Source: Vicinamibacterales bacterium | GTDB taxonomy: Bacteria > Acidobacteriota > Vicinamibacteria > Vicinamibacterales > UBA8438 | Reading direction: 5' to 3' | Assembly: GCA_965215105.1 (NCBI GenBank) | Contig: OZ244051.1 | Span: forward strand, 3,074,896-3,138,895 | Length of the DNA: 64,000 bases | Shown here: in pieces, positions 47,230 to 57,251 of the stretch | How positions within the stretch are numbered: position 1 is the stretch's first letter | How the letters are laid out: every line of letters starts with the position of its first letter | Position numbers and translations under genes: made by a program | The notes under the pieces: model-generated | Seen by the model: the letters and a program-made list of their open reading frames with translations, nothing else | Databases searched by the model: none | Told to the model about the DNA's origin: nothing

Positions 47230-47372
47230 AGAAACGACCGGACGAGGCTGAGCAGCCGGAGGCGCAGGCGAACTGGATGCCGTTCGTCGACCTCGCCTGA
47301 AGAAACGACCGGACGAGGCTGAGCAGCCGGAGGCGCAGGCGAACCGCCTGGACGCGTTCGCCGACTTCGGCC
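47227..47372 (+). repeat. Tandem duplication with 71-bp period starting at the kinase stop codon
   Basis: tgaagaaacgaccggacgaggctgagcagccggaggcgcaggcgaac occurs at 47227 and at 47298. Confidence 0.9.
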
Positions 47373-47481
47373 GACCGCCATCGCCGGCGTTTCCGAACTT
47401 CAAGTCGGCCTCTTGCGAAGCCTTTGCGCACGCGGAGCAGACCCACATCCGCCGTCAACCCCGATCACGCCGACTGACGAC

Positions 47482-47880
47482 ATGACAACCGTACGACTCT
47501 ACGAAGCCGCGTTCCCGTTCGCCGACGACGTCCTGGCTTTGCCGGTCGAGGACATCGACCGGGTCGCGACCTGGTACGGCGAGAGGTTCCGTCTCGTCGA
47601 GGTCGAGCGCCGCGACCACCCCGTGCCCACCGTGATTCTGGAGCGCGACGGCGTGCGAATCGGCTTCGCCGTCAACGGCGGCGACCCCGGCAACGAGGGC
47701 GCCGCGATCCGGGTGACGGACATCCGCCGGGCTCGCGACGAGCTGGAGGCCAACGGCGTCGAGACCGCCAACTGGCGCGTGGACGAACGGGACGGGGAGA
47801 AGTACCAGGTGTTCTTCGTGGTCGCGCCGGACGGCCTCTGCTACTACTTTCACCAACTCCTTGGCCGCGCCGACGAGTAG
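47482..47880 (+). CDS. VOC/glyoxalase-bleomycin resistance family protein
   Basis: About 130 aa with a beta-alpha-beta-beta-beta-like pattern. FAVNGGDPGNEGAAIRV and YQVFFVVAPDGLCYYF. Confidence 0.6.
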   Translation: MTTVRLYEAAFPFADDVLALPVEDIDRVATWYGERFRLVEVERRDHPVPTVILERDGVRIGFAVNGGDPGNEGAAIRVTDIRRARDELEANGVETANWRVDERDGEKYQVFFVVAPDGLCYYFHQLLGRADE

Positions 47881-48001
47881 GCCCGAGCCGGCCGTTGCGC
47901 CCGCGGAGCGCATGACCGAAAGACGCGGCAAGTGTCGACCGGGCACGTTGTCGGCGTCCTCGACCACGGGAGCCGGCGCCGGGCCCGGTCGTGAGCGCCG
48001 C

Positions 48002-48705
48002 ATGCCGCCTCCACGCATCCTCCTGATCTTCGCCCATCCGGACGACGAGAGCTTCATCGCCGCCGGGCTGGTGCGCGGCCATGCCGATCGGGGCGCTCGA
48101 ACCGCGCTCGTGACCGCGACCCGCGGCGACGCCGGACGCGTGGGCGATCCGCCTCTGTGCGACCGGGCAGAGCTGCCGGCCGTCCGCGAGGCCGAGCTCC
48201 GCCGGGCGGCCGCCGTCCTCGGCATCTCCCACGTGCAGTTGCTCGACTACCGCGACAAGCACCTGGCGGAGGCCCCGGCGAACGCCGTGCGTGAAGCCCT
48301 GGTCCGCCGCATCCGAGGGCACCGACCGCACGTGGTGATCAGCTTCGATCCCGACGGGATGAACGGCCATCCCGATCACGTCGCCATCGCCCGGTTCACG
48401 ATCGACGCGGCCGTGGCGGCGGCCGATCCGCGGTGGATGGACGGGGCGGGGCGGCCGTACCGCGTGCCGCGCCTTCTCTGGACCACCCCGGTTCTGCCGT
48501 GGGAGGTGACCCGGCCGCGGCACCTGGACCGCGAACCCGGCGTCGACTTCGTGGTCAACGTGGCGGCGCAGCGGGCGGCGAAGGCAGCCGCGTTGCGAGC
48601 CCATCGCACGCAGCACGTCCCGATCGACCGCTGCTTCTTCAGCAAGCCGGACGTCGACCGAATCCTGAGCGTCGAGGTGTTCAGGCAGGCGTGGGGCCCG
48701 CCGCT
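48002..48705 (+). CDS. PIG-L/LmbE family deacetylase; native 3' end and stop apparently lost
   Basis: ILLIFAHPDDESF, TRGDAG and HPDHVA. Family-like sequence ends near VEVFRQAWGPPL. The frame then stays open to 49234, antisense to the ATPase gene. Confidence 0.7.
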
Positions 48706-49867
48706 GACCCGTTCACCCCCGAACTCGGCCAGACCCACGAGGCGCGTGGTGGCGTCAGGCGCTTTCTCGGTGAGCCAGACCTCGTCGCGGTTCAAGCTGT
48801 TCAGCAGGGACGTGTCGTGGGAAGTGTTGAGCCCCGCGGGTATTGGTCAGGGGATCCTGGAAGATCTCGATCAGGCGGGCCGAGAGCCGGGGATGGAGGC
48901 TCGCGTCGATCTCGTCGAGCAGGAGGATCCGGCCGAATCTGAGCGCCGCGAACGCAGGACCGATCAGACGGAACCAGGTCCGGGTTCCGGCAGATTCTTC
49001 CTCCAGATCGAAAGTGACCGGTTCACCTTCTCCGCGATGCACGAGACCAAGGCGACGACGAGGTCCACCGGGGCGCCCGGAGTCCTCTTCGCTGATCATC
49101 AAATCGTCGATTCCCGGATCCGCAAAGCGAAGCAGGTCCAGGACACGCCTTGGATCCTTGACGGCTGGTCGCTCCTCCGGCGTACCAAAGAGACTCGGCT
49201 GATCGGCCTCATCTGTCTCGACGAGCAAGCGTAGCGTGGGGTCGAGAGGATGCACGCCACCGGCCCCAGGAAACCGTCTCCTTCGGAGCCCCAGGACACG
49301 CATTCTGGCCAGCGATTGCCCGACGTGTGCGAAGTCAGTACCGCTTACTCGCCGGCCAGCGGAGAGCGCCAACGTCGTTGAGGTCAGCAGGTCCCGTATT
49401 CCCCGGGTGCCGTCGAGGCCGCGGCGATAGTCGATTTCACTCCTGCGGCGCGTGAAGAGGTTTCGCCGTCGTCCTTCCGGATAGCTGTCCAAGCTCTCGA
49501 AAAGGACGGCCGAATCGTCCACTTCGAGCCGGTACCCATATCGGACGCCCTTGGCGACCAGATCCAGATCGAACTCCGATGGAGAGACCGGCCCGTTGCC
49601 GAGCCGGTGAGCATCGCGCGGAACGCAGTCCTCCCAGCTTCGAAGCGATGTGGCGACGGCCATCGAGAGCCACGCCAAAGCGTCCAGCACGTTGGACTTG
49701 CCCGACGCGTTGGGCCCGTAGATTCCGGCGACGGTCAGGACGCGCTCCGAGAGGCCGTCGAACCCGCGCGTCGCCGCGCGATCCTCGTCGACGGCGATCA
49801 TCGACAGATCCACCGGCTCGAGAATCGAACGGTGGTTGGCGACCCGGAATCGCAGCAGCACGAACAC
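48700..49867 (-). pseudogene. AAA_21/ABC-type ATPase (abortive-infection-like); frameshifted and 3'-truncated
   Basis: GTG start. Walker A GPNASGKSN and Walker B LLLDEIDASLHP. After GAQ the frame breaks at about 48825-48832. The expected TSHDTSLLNSLNRDEVWLTEK...LAEFGGERV is in another frame and then runs into the antisense of the PIG-L gene. Confidence 0.7.
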
Positions 49868-50011
49868 AGTTTAGCGCAGAACGACATTTTCTCGCCGGTT
49901 CCCGTCGAAGTCGTGCAGAATTGAGTATGAAGGCGCAAAACAGGAGACCTCACGCCCTGCACCGACAGCTCGCGCGGAGCACCTGACGACCACAGTGAGT
50001 CGCTTCATCCC

Positions 50012-51505
50012 ATGCAAACAAGAACCAGCGAGAACAGCCCCCTCTGCATCGCCGCGGTGACCCCGGGGGACGGCCAGGGCCGGATCGGCATCACCCTGTG
50101 TCCCGGCAAGATGAATCCGGACGGAATCTCGGGGCCGTGGGCGCGCAACCTGGACACCGACCTCGACGCGATTCGAGACTGGGGAGCGACCGCAGTGGTC
50201 AGCCTGGTCACCGACCGGGAAATCGATTTCCTGAGGGTGCCTGATCTCGGCGAGGCGGTGCGCGAGCGGCACATGGAGTGGTGGCACACGCCGATACCGG
50301 ACGGGGAACCGCCGGACCCCACCTTCGAACGGCGGTGGGCGGTGGCGAGCGAGGCCATTCGGGACCGGCTGCGCCTGGGGTTCGACGTGCTCGTCCACTG
50401 CAAGGGGGGCCTGGGCCGGGCCGGGACCGTCGCCGCCCGCCTGCTGGTGGAGCTGGGGGCTCGCCCGGACGATGCGATCCGCCGCGTGCGCGAGGTTCGG
50501 CGGGGAGCCATCGAGAACGAGGCCCAGGAAGCCCACGTGGCGAGGTGCCGGCGGCGGCCGCCCGCAGTTCCGCCCCGGAACGCCGACAGCGGCGAAGACC
50601 GCGCGCTCGGGGCCTTCCTCGGCCTCGCGGTGGGCGACGCGGTGGGGACGACGCTCGAGTTCTGCCCCCGCGACACCGCGCCGCGCCTGGAGGACATGGT
50701 CGGCGGCGGCCCGTTCAATCAACCGCCCGGCGGGTGGACCGACGACACCGCCATGGCGCTGGCCCTTGCCGACAGCCTCGCGGCCACGAGGACGCTCGAC
50801 GTCCGCGACCTGATGGATCGCTTCGTCCGATGGTGGCGGCGCGGCGACTACTCGCACACCGGCGAATGCGACGACATCGGAAACACCACCCTCGATGCGC
50901 TCGACCGCTACCGGCAGACCGGCGATCCGCTCGCGGGCTCGACCGATCCGGGCAGCGCGGGCAACGGGTCGCTCATGCGGCTCGCCCCGGTCGCCCTCCG
51001 GTTCTGGAACGACAGGCCGCGGCTGATCGCGACCGCTGCCGAGCAGTCCCGGACGACCCATGGGGCCCAGGAAACGGTGGACGCCTGCCGGGCGTTCGCA
51101 GAGCTGCTCGCCGACGCCATCGCGGGGTCGCCGCGCGCGGCCGTCCTGGCTTCGAGGCCATTCAAGGGGGCCGAAGCGATCGCCCGAATCCTGGCCGGCA
51201 GTTGGCGGGGACGGGCGCGGGACACGATCAGCTCCAGCGGATACGTCGTGCACACGCTGGAAGCGGCCATCTGGTCGGTCGCCCGCACCGGGAACTTCCG
51301 CAACGCCGTGCTGCTCGCGGCCAACCTGGCCGACGACGCGGACACCGTAGCGGCGGTTGCGGGCCAGCTCGCCGGCGCCCTCTACGGCCTGAGCGGTATC
51401 CCCGAACCCTGGCTGGAACGCCTCGTTTGGAGGGATCGACTCCTGGCGGCGGGGCAGCAACTGGTCGAGGAATCGGTCGCCGAGCGGGAGGAGGGTGACG
51501 GGTAG
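50012..51505 (+). CDS. Cys-based phosphatase (HCx5R, DSP/CDKN3-like) fused to an ADP-ribosylglycohydrolase domain
   Basis: VHCKGGLGRAGT is the P-loop. ARH motifs are GAFLGLAVGDAVGTTLEF, GGWTDDTAMALALA and DDADTVAAVAGQLAGALYG. Confidence 0.8.
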   Translation: MQTRTSENSPLCIAAVTPGDGQGRIGITLCPGKMNPDGISGPWARNLDTDLDAIRDWGATAVVSLVTDREIDFLRVPDLGEAVRERHMEWWHTPIPDGEPPDPTFERRWAVASEAIRDRLRLGFDVLVHCKGGLGRAGTVAARLLVELGARPDDAIRRVREVRRGAIENEAQEAHVARCRRRPPAVPPRNADSGEDRALGAFLGLAVGDAVGTTLEFCPRDTAPRLEDMVGGGPFNQPPGGWTDDTAMALALADSLAATRTLDVRDLMDRFVRWWRRGDYSHTGECDDIGNTTLDALDRYRQTGDPLAGSTDPGSAGNGSLMRLAPVALRFWNDRPRLIATAAEQSRTTHGAQETVDACRAFAELLADAIAGSPRAAVLASRPFKGAEAIARILAGSWRGRARDTISSSGYVVHTLEAAIWSVARTGNFRNAVLLAANLADDADTVAAVAGQLAGALYGLSGIPEPWLERLVWRDRLLAAGQQLVEESVAEREEGDG

Positions 51506-51694
51506 CAGCAGCGCCACGACCGGTATCCAGACCGTCGCATGCACAAGCCGTTACCTTGGGAGCGACTCGCCCGCGGCGGTCATCCCGGCCGCGTCGCCCG
51601 GCGGCACTCGGTACGTCCTCAAGGCCAGGACCCACTGGCGAACCGTGCGCTGACCGGCTCTCGCAACCGGAGCCGGACGCGCACCCGAGAAGCG

Positions 51695-52768
51695 CTACTC
51701 CGGCGCCGGCAGGTAGGCGAGCCGGTCGCCTCGGTACGACCCCAGCCACAGCTCGTCGCCGATGCGGAGCGCGGTGGTCGACGAGATGAACCCGTCCATG
51801 GCCGGTTGCACCAGGATGCGCTCGACCTCGAGGGTCTCGGGGTCGATGGCCGCGACGTTGCTCGTCTCCAGGGTCGGCTCGCGGGGGTCGGTGATGGAGT
51901 TGCCGTCCCTGTCGGTGTGGCCGGCCGCGTAGATGACCGAGCCGTCGAGGGCCTTGCGCAGGTTGTCGGGCCGGAAGCCGAGGTCGATGACGTCCTTCCG
52001 CACCGGCTCGACGCCGCGCGACAGGCGGGTCAGCTTCTCCTCGGCCCAGCCGGCGATGTAGAGGGTCTCGCCGTCCTCGGACACCTCGATGCCGTTCGGG
52101 GCGGTGTCCTCGCTCTCGGGCAGCACCGCCCAGCCGCTGTCGGCCTGCCACTCCCACACCCCGATGCCGGCGTTGGTGGTGGCGAAGCCGCCGCCGGGCA
52201 GGGCGACCACCGAGTTGAGGCGGGCGCCGTCGGGGGCGACCGCGCACCCGGTCCAGGCCAGGGTCGGCGGACCGTCGCCGGCGTCGACCTCGAAGAACTC
52301 GATCGACTCGCGGGAACCGTGATGGACGACCAGCAGGGTGTGGGCGTCGCCGGACCCTGGCGCGAGGTAGAGCCCGTGATACACGGACCCGGCGGGGTCC
52401 GCGAGGTCCAGCGGGCCGGGACAGTCGGGCCAGGCCTCGGCGTCGAGCCGCGACTCGCTGTCCGGGGTCGGGAACAGCACGGTCGCGGTCTTGTCGCTCA
52501 CGTTCACGAGGTTTATGCGGCCGCCATCGCGAGCGCCGGAGACGATGGCCCACTCGGCGCCGGGAACGACGACGATGTCCTCGGGGCTGACCATGTCGCA
52601 GATGAACCGCACGTCGCCGACCGGGTCGCAGGGGTGCTCGCCGGTGACCGCGAACTGCGGCGGCTCCGGCGCGGCGTCGGCTTCAGGCTCCGGCGCGGGC
52701 TCCGGGGCGCCGCAGCCCAACGTGACCATCGTGACCAACCCCAACGCCGCCAGCTTCGCCTCGCTCAT
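51695..52768 (-). CDS. Lipoprotein, SMP-30/arylesterase-like beta-propeller
   Basis: Lipobox VTLGC. NGIEVSEDGETLYIA-type propeller motifs. GGGAGGA RBS is present. Confidence 0.6.
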   Translation of the reverse strand: MSEAKLAALGLVTMVTLGCGAPEPAPEPEADAAPEPPQFAVTGEHPCDPVGDVRFICDMVSPEDIVVVPGAEWAIVSGARDGGRINLVNVSDKTATVLFPTPDSESRLDAEAWPDCPGPLDLADPAGSVYHGLYLAPGSGDAHTLLVVHHGSRESIEFFEVDAGDGPPTLAWTGCAVAPDGARLNSVVALPGGGFATTNAGIGVWEWQADSGWAVLPESEDTAPNGIEVSEDGETLYIAGWAEEKLTRLSRGVEPVRKDVIDLGFRPDNLRKALDGSVIYAAGHTDRDGNSITDPREPTLETSNVAAIDPETLEVERILVQPAMDGFISSTTALRIGDELWLGSYRGDRLAYLPAPE

Positions 52769-52832
52769 GACGTCCTCCCGAATCGAATGGCGAACAGGAT
52801 ACCACCGGGCCGCGCACGGCGCCTCCCGGAGG

Positions 52833-54263
52833 TCAGTCCGCTCCCCGCACGCATCCCAGCCGGGCCGCGGCGCCGGCGCTCACCAGCACCACCAGTCCGC
52901 CCAGGACGAGGAGAGGAACGAGCGCGCGACGAGCGACGTCGGCCGGTCCTTCGTCCACGAAGCTGAAGACCGGTACGTCGGGGAGCACCCCGGCGTCCAT
53001 TTGCTCGCTGGCGAGGATCGCCGGCACGAAGAACTGCCGCCACTCCTCGGCGAACGCGCGCACCTGCGACTGGAAGCGGGCGAAGCGCGCGTCGCCGGTC
53101 CCCGCCGCGTCGACGAGCACCTCCTGGGCCAGGAGGGCCGGCGAGAGGAAGCGATAGCGGCGCACCACCGCGACCTGGTCGGCGCGGCGCGCGTCGTGCA
53201 CCGCCGTCACCTCCTCGAGGCGGCTGTTCACGGCGTCGGTGGCGGCCCAGGCGAGGGCGCCGAGGCCGGGCTCTTCGGCCACCACCCCGTCCGCCATCTC
53301 CGGGTGGTCCTCCAGGTACCGCGCGAGCAGCTCGCTGCGGCGGTTGACGGCGTCGTTCGAGGCCTCGCGCTGGGCGGTGATCATCTCCACGCGGGACGGG
53401 AGCGGGTGCAGCAGCCCCGCCGCGATGTTGACGGCGGCCGGCAGCACCACCACGAGGACGAGCCACGCCCCCACGAGGGCGGTGGCGTTCCAGGCCGAGG
53501 ACCGTCGCAGGCCGTTCACCCACGCCGCGAGCGCGAACCAGAAGAGCGCGTACACCGTCACCGTGGCGCACCAGAGGAGCACCCGGCCGGGCGAGCCGAA
53601 GCCCCCGGTGGCGAGGATGCCGAGCAGCGAGACCGCCGCGGCCAGCCCCACCACGAGGACCGCCCGGAACGCGAGCTTCGCGAGCACCACGTCGCGCGCC
53701 GACACCGGCTGCGACAGCATCAGGGCCAGCGTCCCCTGCTCGCGCTCCTCCGAGAGCACGTTGTAGCTGAGGGCGAGGACGAGCAGCGGCAGCAGATAGA
53801 CGGTCACGAAGGCGAGGTCGAAGCGCCCGACCATCAGGTTGAGGGGGTTCTCGACCTCCCCGTTCTGCTGGAAGGTCGCCTCGTTGGTGTAGATGCTGAC
53901 GTCGTAGTAGTACGGGAGGAGATCGCTCTGCCCCACCGCGAGGGCGGTCAGGGGCCCCGGCTCGAGCACCGTGGTGCGGGCGCCCCGGGCCCCGCCGAGG
54001 ACGTTGGGGGCGCGAGGGTCGCGGAAGGGCGACGACGGCTGCCCGCCGTTCGCGATGTCGGCCAGCTCCTGCTCCAGGGCTTCGACGCGTTCCGCGTTGC
54101 CGGTCAGCGCCGCCTCCACCGTCCGCTCCTGGAAGCGCGCCCAGGCCATGCCGTTGGCCAGGGCGTAGACGAAGAGGACGGCGAAGACGCCGAGCACGAC
54201 GCGCAGCGCCCGGTCGGCCGCGAGAAGGCGCCACTCGTTCCGCACGACGATGCGCAGGGTCAT
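52833..54263 (-). CDS. ABC-2 type permease (DUF3526-like)
   Basis: MTLRIVVRNEWRLL, SEEREQGTLALMLSQPVS, and multiple TM segments. Confidence 0.75.
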   Translation of the reverse strand: MTLRIVVRNEWRLLAADRALRVVLGVFAVLFVYALANGMAWARFQERTVEAALTGNAERVEALEQELADIANGGQPSSPFRDPRAPNVLGGARGARTTVLEPGPLTALAVGQSDLLPYYYDVSIYTNEATFQQNGEVENPLNLMVGRFDLAFVTVYLLPLLVLALSYNVLSEEREQGTLALMLSQPVSARDVVLAKLAFRAVLVVGLAAAVSLLGILATGGFGSPGRVLLWCATVTVYALFWFALAAWVNGLRRSSAWNATALVGAWLVLVVVLPAAVNIAAGLLHPLPSRVEMITAQREASNDAVNRRSELLARYLEDHPEMADGVVAEEPGLGALAWAATDAVNSRLEEVTAVHDARRADQVAVVRRYRFLSPALLAQEVLVDAAGTGDARFARFQSQVRAFAEEWRQFFVPAILASEQMDAGVLPDVPVFSFVDEGPADVARRALVPLLVLGGLVVLVSAGAAARLGCVRGAD

Positions 54264-54265
54264 GG

Positions 54266-55678
54266 CTACGCCACCTCCGCGCGCTGCACGCGCCTCGCGG
54301 CGAGCAGCCCCGCGCCGGCCAGCCAGAGCCCCAGCACGAGGAGCGACAGGATCCGGTTGCCGAGGACCCACCCCAGCGTCGGCGCGTCGTACTGCAGGGG
54401 CGGCACCTCCGCCCAGAGCTCGGGCCCGGCGGCGTACGAGAAGTCGCCGCTGCGGGAGTTCTCGGCGAGGTCGAGGTTCATCTGCCGCATCATGTCGCGG
54501 CGGTACGCCTCGGCCGCGGTCGCGAAGTGCCGGTGCTGCTCGACGTCGGTGCCGGCCAGCCCCATCGAGAGCGTGCGCACCGCCAGCAGCGGCGCCGCCA
54601 CCGCGAGGGCCTCGTGCACCACGCCCTGCCGCTCGAAGGTGTCCCACAACGCGCCGTAGTTGCGGTCGAAGATGCGGTTCCCGAACTCCTCGCTCTCCTG
54701 CAGGTAGAGCCCCACGTCGTTGACCGGCAGGTCCTCGGCCCGCTCGACGCCGTACTCCGCGAGGAGGCTCTGGCTGAACGCGGCCCGGTCCGGGCGCTCG
54801 ATGCCCTCGACGCCGGCGGCCATCTCCTGCTCGAGGGTGTGGGCGAACTCGACCGCGGACGGCGTGGGATGGATCCACTTCGACAGGTCCACGGCGGCCC
54901 GCGGGGCCACCAGCCCGTTCACCACCCAGACCCCCAGGAGAACCACCAGCGCGGTGCGCGCCGAGCGGGCCCAGGCCGACACGGCCAGCCCCAGCCCCAC
55001 GAACGCGCCGAAGTAGGCCAGGTAGACGCCGGCCAGGACCGCGCCCCGGGCCAGGGGCGACGCCGCCGGACCGGTGCTGCCGACCACGAGCGCGGCCGCG
55101 CCGACCACCGCCGCCGGCACCAGCAGCAGCGCGAGCGCGCCGGCCACGCCCAGGGCCTTGCCCACGGCCAGCTCGCGCCGGCCGATGCCGGTGGCCAGCA
55201 ACTGGCGCAACGTGCCCTGCTCCCGCTCGCCGGCCAGCGCCCCGAACGTCAGCAGGATGATGAGCAGCGGCACCAGGTTCTGCAGAACCTGCGCCGCCGT
55301 CAGGGCCCCCACGCGCTGGGCGCCCGTCGCGTCCTGGGCCGGGCGCATGAGGAAGTCGTTCTGCCGGTGGGCCTCCAGCCACACCGACGTGCCCGTGTAG
55401 GGGTCCACGCCCTCGTCGACGAACGACAGGGCGAGGCGGGGCTTGAACGCGTAGATGCCGTAGTGAGCGGCCGAATGGGGGTTCTTCTCGCCCTGCGACT
55501 CCCAGTGGTCGCGGGCGGTGGCCTGCGCGGCCGCGAGCTCCTCCTGCGCCTGGCGCGCCTGGACCCAGCCGTGTCCCAGCGAGACCAGGAGCAACGCCCC
55601 CACCAGGGCCGCGCACCAGCGGAAGCGGCCGTCCCGGACCACGTCGGTGAACTCCTTCCGCGCGATGTGCTTGATCAT
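54266..55678 (-). CDS. ABC-2 type permease (DUF3526-like)
   Basis: MIKHIARKEFTDVVRDGRF, AGEREQGTLRQLLATG, and multiple TM segments. Confidence 0.75.
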   Translation of the reverse strand: MIKHIARKEFTDVVRDGRFRWCAALVGALLLVSLGHGWVQARQAQEELAAAQATARDHWESQGEKNPHSAAHYGIYAFKPRLALSFVDEGVDPYTGTSVWLEAHRQNDFLMRPAQDATGAQRVGALTAAQVLQNLVPLLIILLTFGALAGEREQGTLRQLLATGIGRRELAVGKALGVAGALALLLVPAAVVGAAALVVGSTGPAASPLARGAVLAGVYLAYFGAFVGLGLAVSAWARSARTALVVLLGVWVVNGLVAPRAAVDLSKWIHPTPSAVEFAHTLEQEMAAGVEGIERPDRAAFSQSLLAEYGVERAEDLPVNDVGLYLQESEEFGNRIFDRNYGALWDTFERQGVVHEALAVAAPLLAVRTLSMGLAGTDVEQHRHFATAAEAYRRDMMRQMNLDLAENSRSGDFSYAAGPELWAEVPPLQYDAPTLGWVLGNRILSLLVLGLWLAGAGLLAARRVQRAEVA

Positions 55679-55853
55679 CGATGACTCCCTGCCCCGCAAA
55701 CGTCGCCGCAGGAGCTTCGCCCCGGCGGGACTCCAACGTGACCGTAAGGTCGCGCCGCGACATCGAAGGTCGCGCCACGGCCGCCGATGGCCGCCCGACA
55801 GCTTTCCGGGACGCCGCACCGCGCCACGGCGCGGACGCCTTCACCAGTCGCGA

Positions 55854-56618
55854 CTACTCGTGCATGTGCTCCAGGTAGATGCGCTCGAGATCGGCGTGGC
55901 CTATCTCGTCCGTGCTCATCTCGGTGACCAGGCGCCCGTGCCGCATGATGCCGACGCGGGTGCCGGTCTCCTTCGCGCGAAACAGATCGTGGGTCGCCAT
56001 CAGCACCGCGACGCCGCGGTCCCGGAGCCGCTCGAGCAGCTCCGAGAACTCGTTCGAGGCCTGCGGGTCGAGGCCCGACGTGGGCTCGTCGAGCAGCAGC
56101 GCGCCGGCTTCCTTGGCGATGGCGATGGCGATGCCGACCTTCTGCCGCATGCCCTTGGAGTACTCCGACACGCGCTGACCGACCGCGTCGGGGGGCAGTC
56201 CCGCGCCGACGAGGATGTCGGTCAGCCGCTCCGGGGCCAGCGACCCCGTACCGCCCAGGGCGGCGAAGTACTCCAGGTTCTCCAGGCCGCTGAGGTTGCG
56301 GTACAGCATGACCTGCTCGGGGACGTAGGCCAGCCGCCGCTTCGACTCCAGAGGCTCGGCTGCGACGTCGAGGCCCATCACCCGCACGCTCCCCGCCGTC
56401 GGCTCGAGAAAGCCCAGGAACAGGTGAATGGTGGTCGTCTTGCCGGCGCCGTTCGGGCCCAGCAGGCAGTAGATCTCCGACGGCCCGACGCGGAGGTCGA
56501 GGCCGGTGACGGCCTCCGTGCTTCCGTAGCGCTTGGACAGCCCTCGCGCTTCGAGAACGGGCGCCGACGCGCCGGCCGCATCCGCGAACGGCGCGTCCAT
56601 CGTCACAGCTTCGCTCAT
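55854..56618 (-). CDS. ABC transporter ATP-binding protein
   Basis: GPNGAGKTT, the signature YSKGMRQKV, and Walker B LLLDEPTSGLD. Confidence 0.85.
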   Translation of the reverse strand: MSEAVTMDAPFADAAGASAPVLEARGLSKRYGSTEAVTGLDLRVGPSEIYCLLGPNGAGKTTTIHLFLGFLEPTAGSVRVMGLDVAAEPLESKRRLAYVPEQVMLYRNLSGLENLEYFAALGGTGSLAPERLTDILVGAGLPPDAVGQRVSEYSKGMRQKVGIAIAIAKEAGALLLDEPTSGLDPQASNEFSELLERLRDRGVAVLMATHDLFRAKETGTRVGIMRHGRLVTEMSTDEIGHADLERIYLEHMHE

Positions 56619-56828
56619 GGATCTCGATCGGGCCCCCCGGATGGACCACCGGGACTCCCTCCTCCAACTAAAGAGATAAAGCGGAACCGCCGGCGCGCCA
56701 TCGGCACGTCGACACAACCATGCAAGGAGCTGGTCGGAAACCGTCGCCTGCGGCTCGAGTTGCCGCCCGACCAACCCCGTGCCAGGCGTCAGCACCTTGC
56801 GGCGCCCACCTGGGGTGCCGGCGAGTGG

Positions 56829-57098
56829 TCAGGCGGGAGGCGCCCGGGAGGCGTTCCCCTCGATCTCCGCGGCGCGGGCATGCCCGGGCGCATGCGCACG
56901 AGGGCTGCCGCCGGCCGCCGGGTCGGGGTGCTCGTGGACGTTGGAAGCGATGAGCGGCGAACCCTGGACGTGGCACAGGACGCAGGTGTCGTCGCGTCCG
57001 TCCGCCTCGTCGTGGAAGTGAGGCGCCGCCGCAAGAGCCAGCAGCGCAAGCGCGCCGACCGCACCCCACTGCGACAGCCTCGACCCACATCGCCGCAT
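56829..57098 (-). CDS. Small secreted His/Cys-rich protein (possible metal-binding), first gene of the ABC-2 operon
   Basis: MRRCGSRLSQWGAVGALALLALAAAPHFHDEADGRDDTCVLCHV...HEHP. Only composition and position support this call. Confidence 0.35.
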   Translation of the reverse strand: MRRCGSRLSQWGAVGALALLALAAAPHFHDEADGRDDTCVLCHVQGSPLIASNVHEHPDPAAGGSPRAHAPGHARAAEIEGNASRAPPA

Positions 57099-57251
57099 AA
57101 GAGCCTTGTAGCGCGTTCGCGCGACCGCGTCAAGGGCAACCGGCGCTCCGACGCCGGCCGAACGGTCCGGGCATCCCGCAGGGACCCGCGGCCGGCCGGT
57201 CCGGGGCGAGCGGCGGGGAGCGGCCGGCGCCGCGGATGAGATAATCCGGCG

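Noticed and set aside
47861-49234. A 457-aa ORF treated as a single large protein.
   Set aside because: Only about 48002-48705 looks like a PIG-L deacetylase. The rest is antisense read-through of the ATPase pseudogene.
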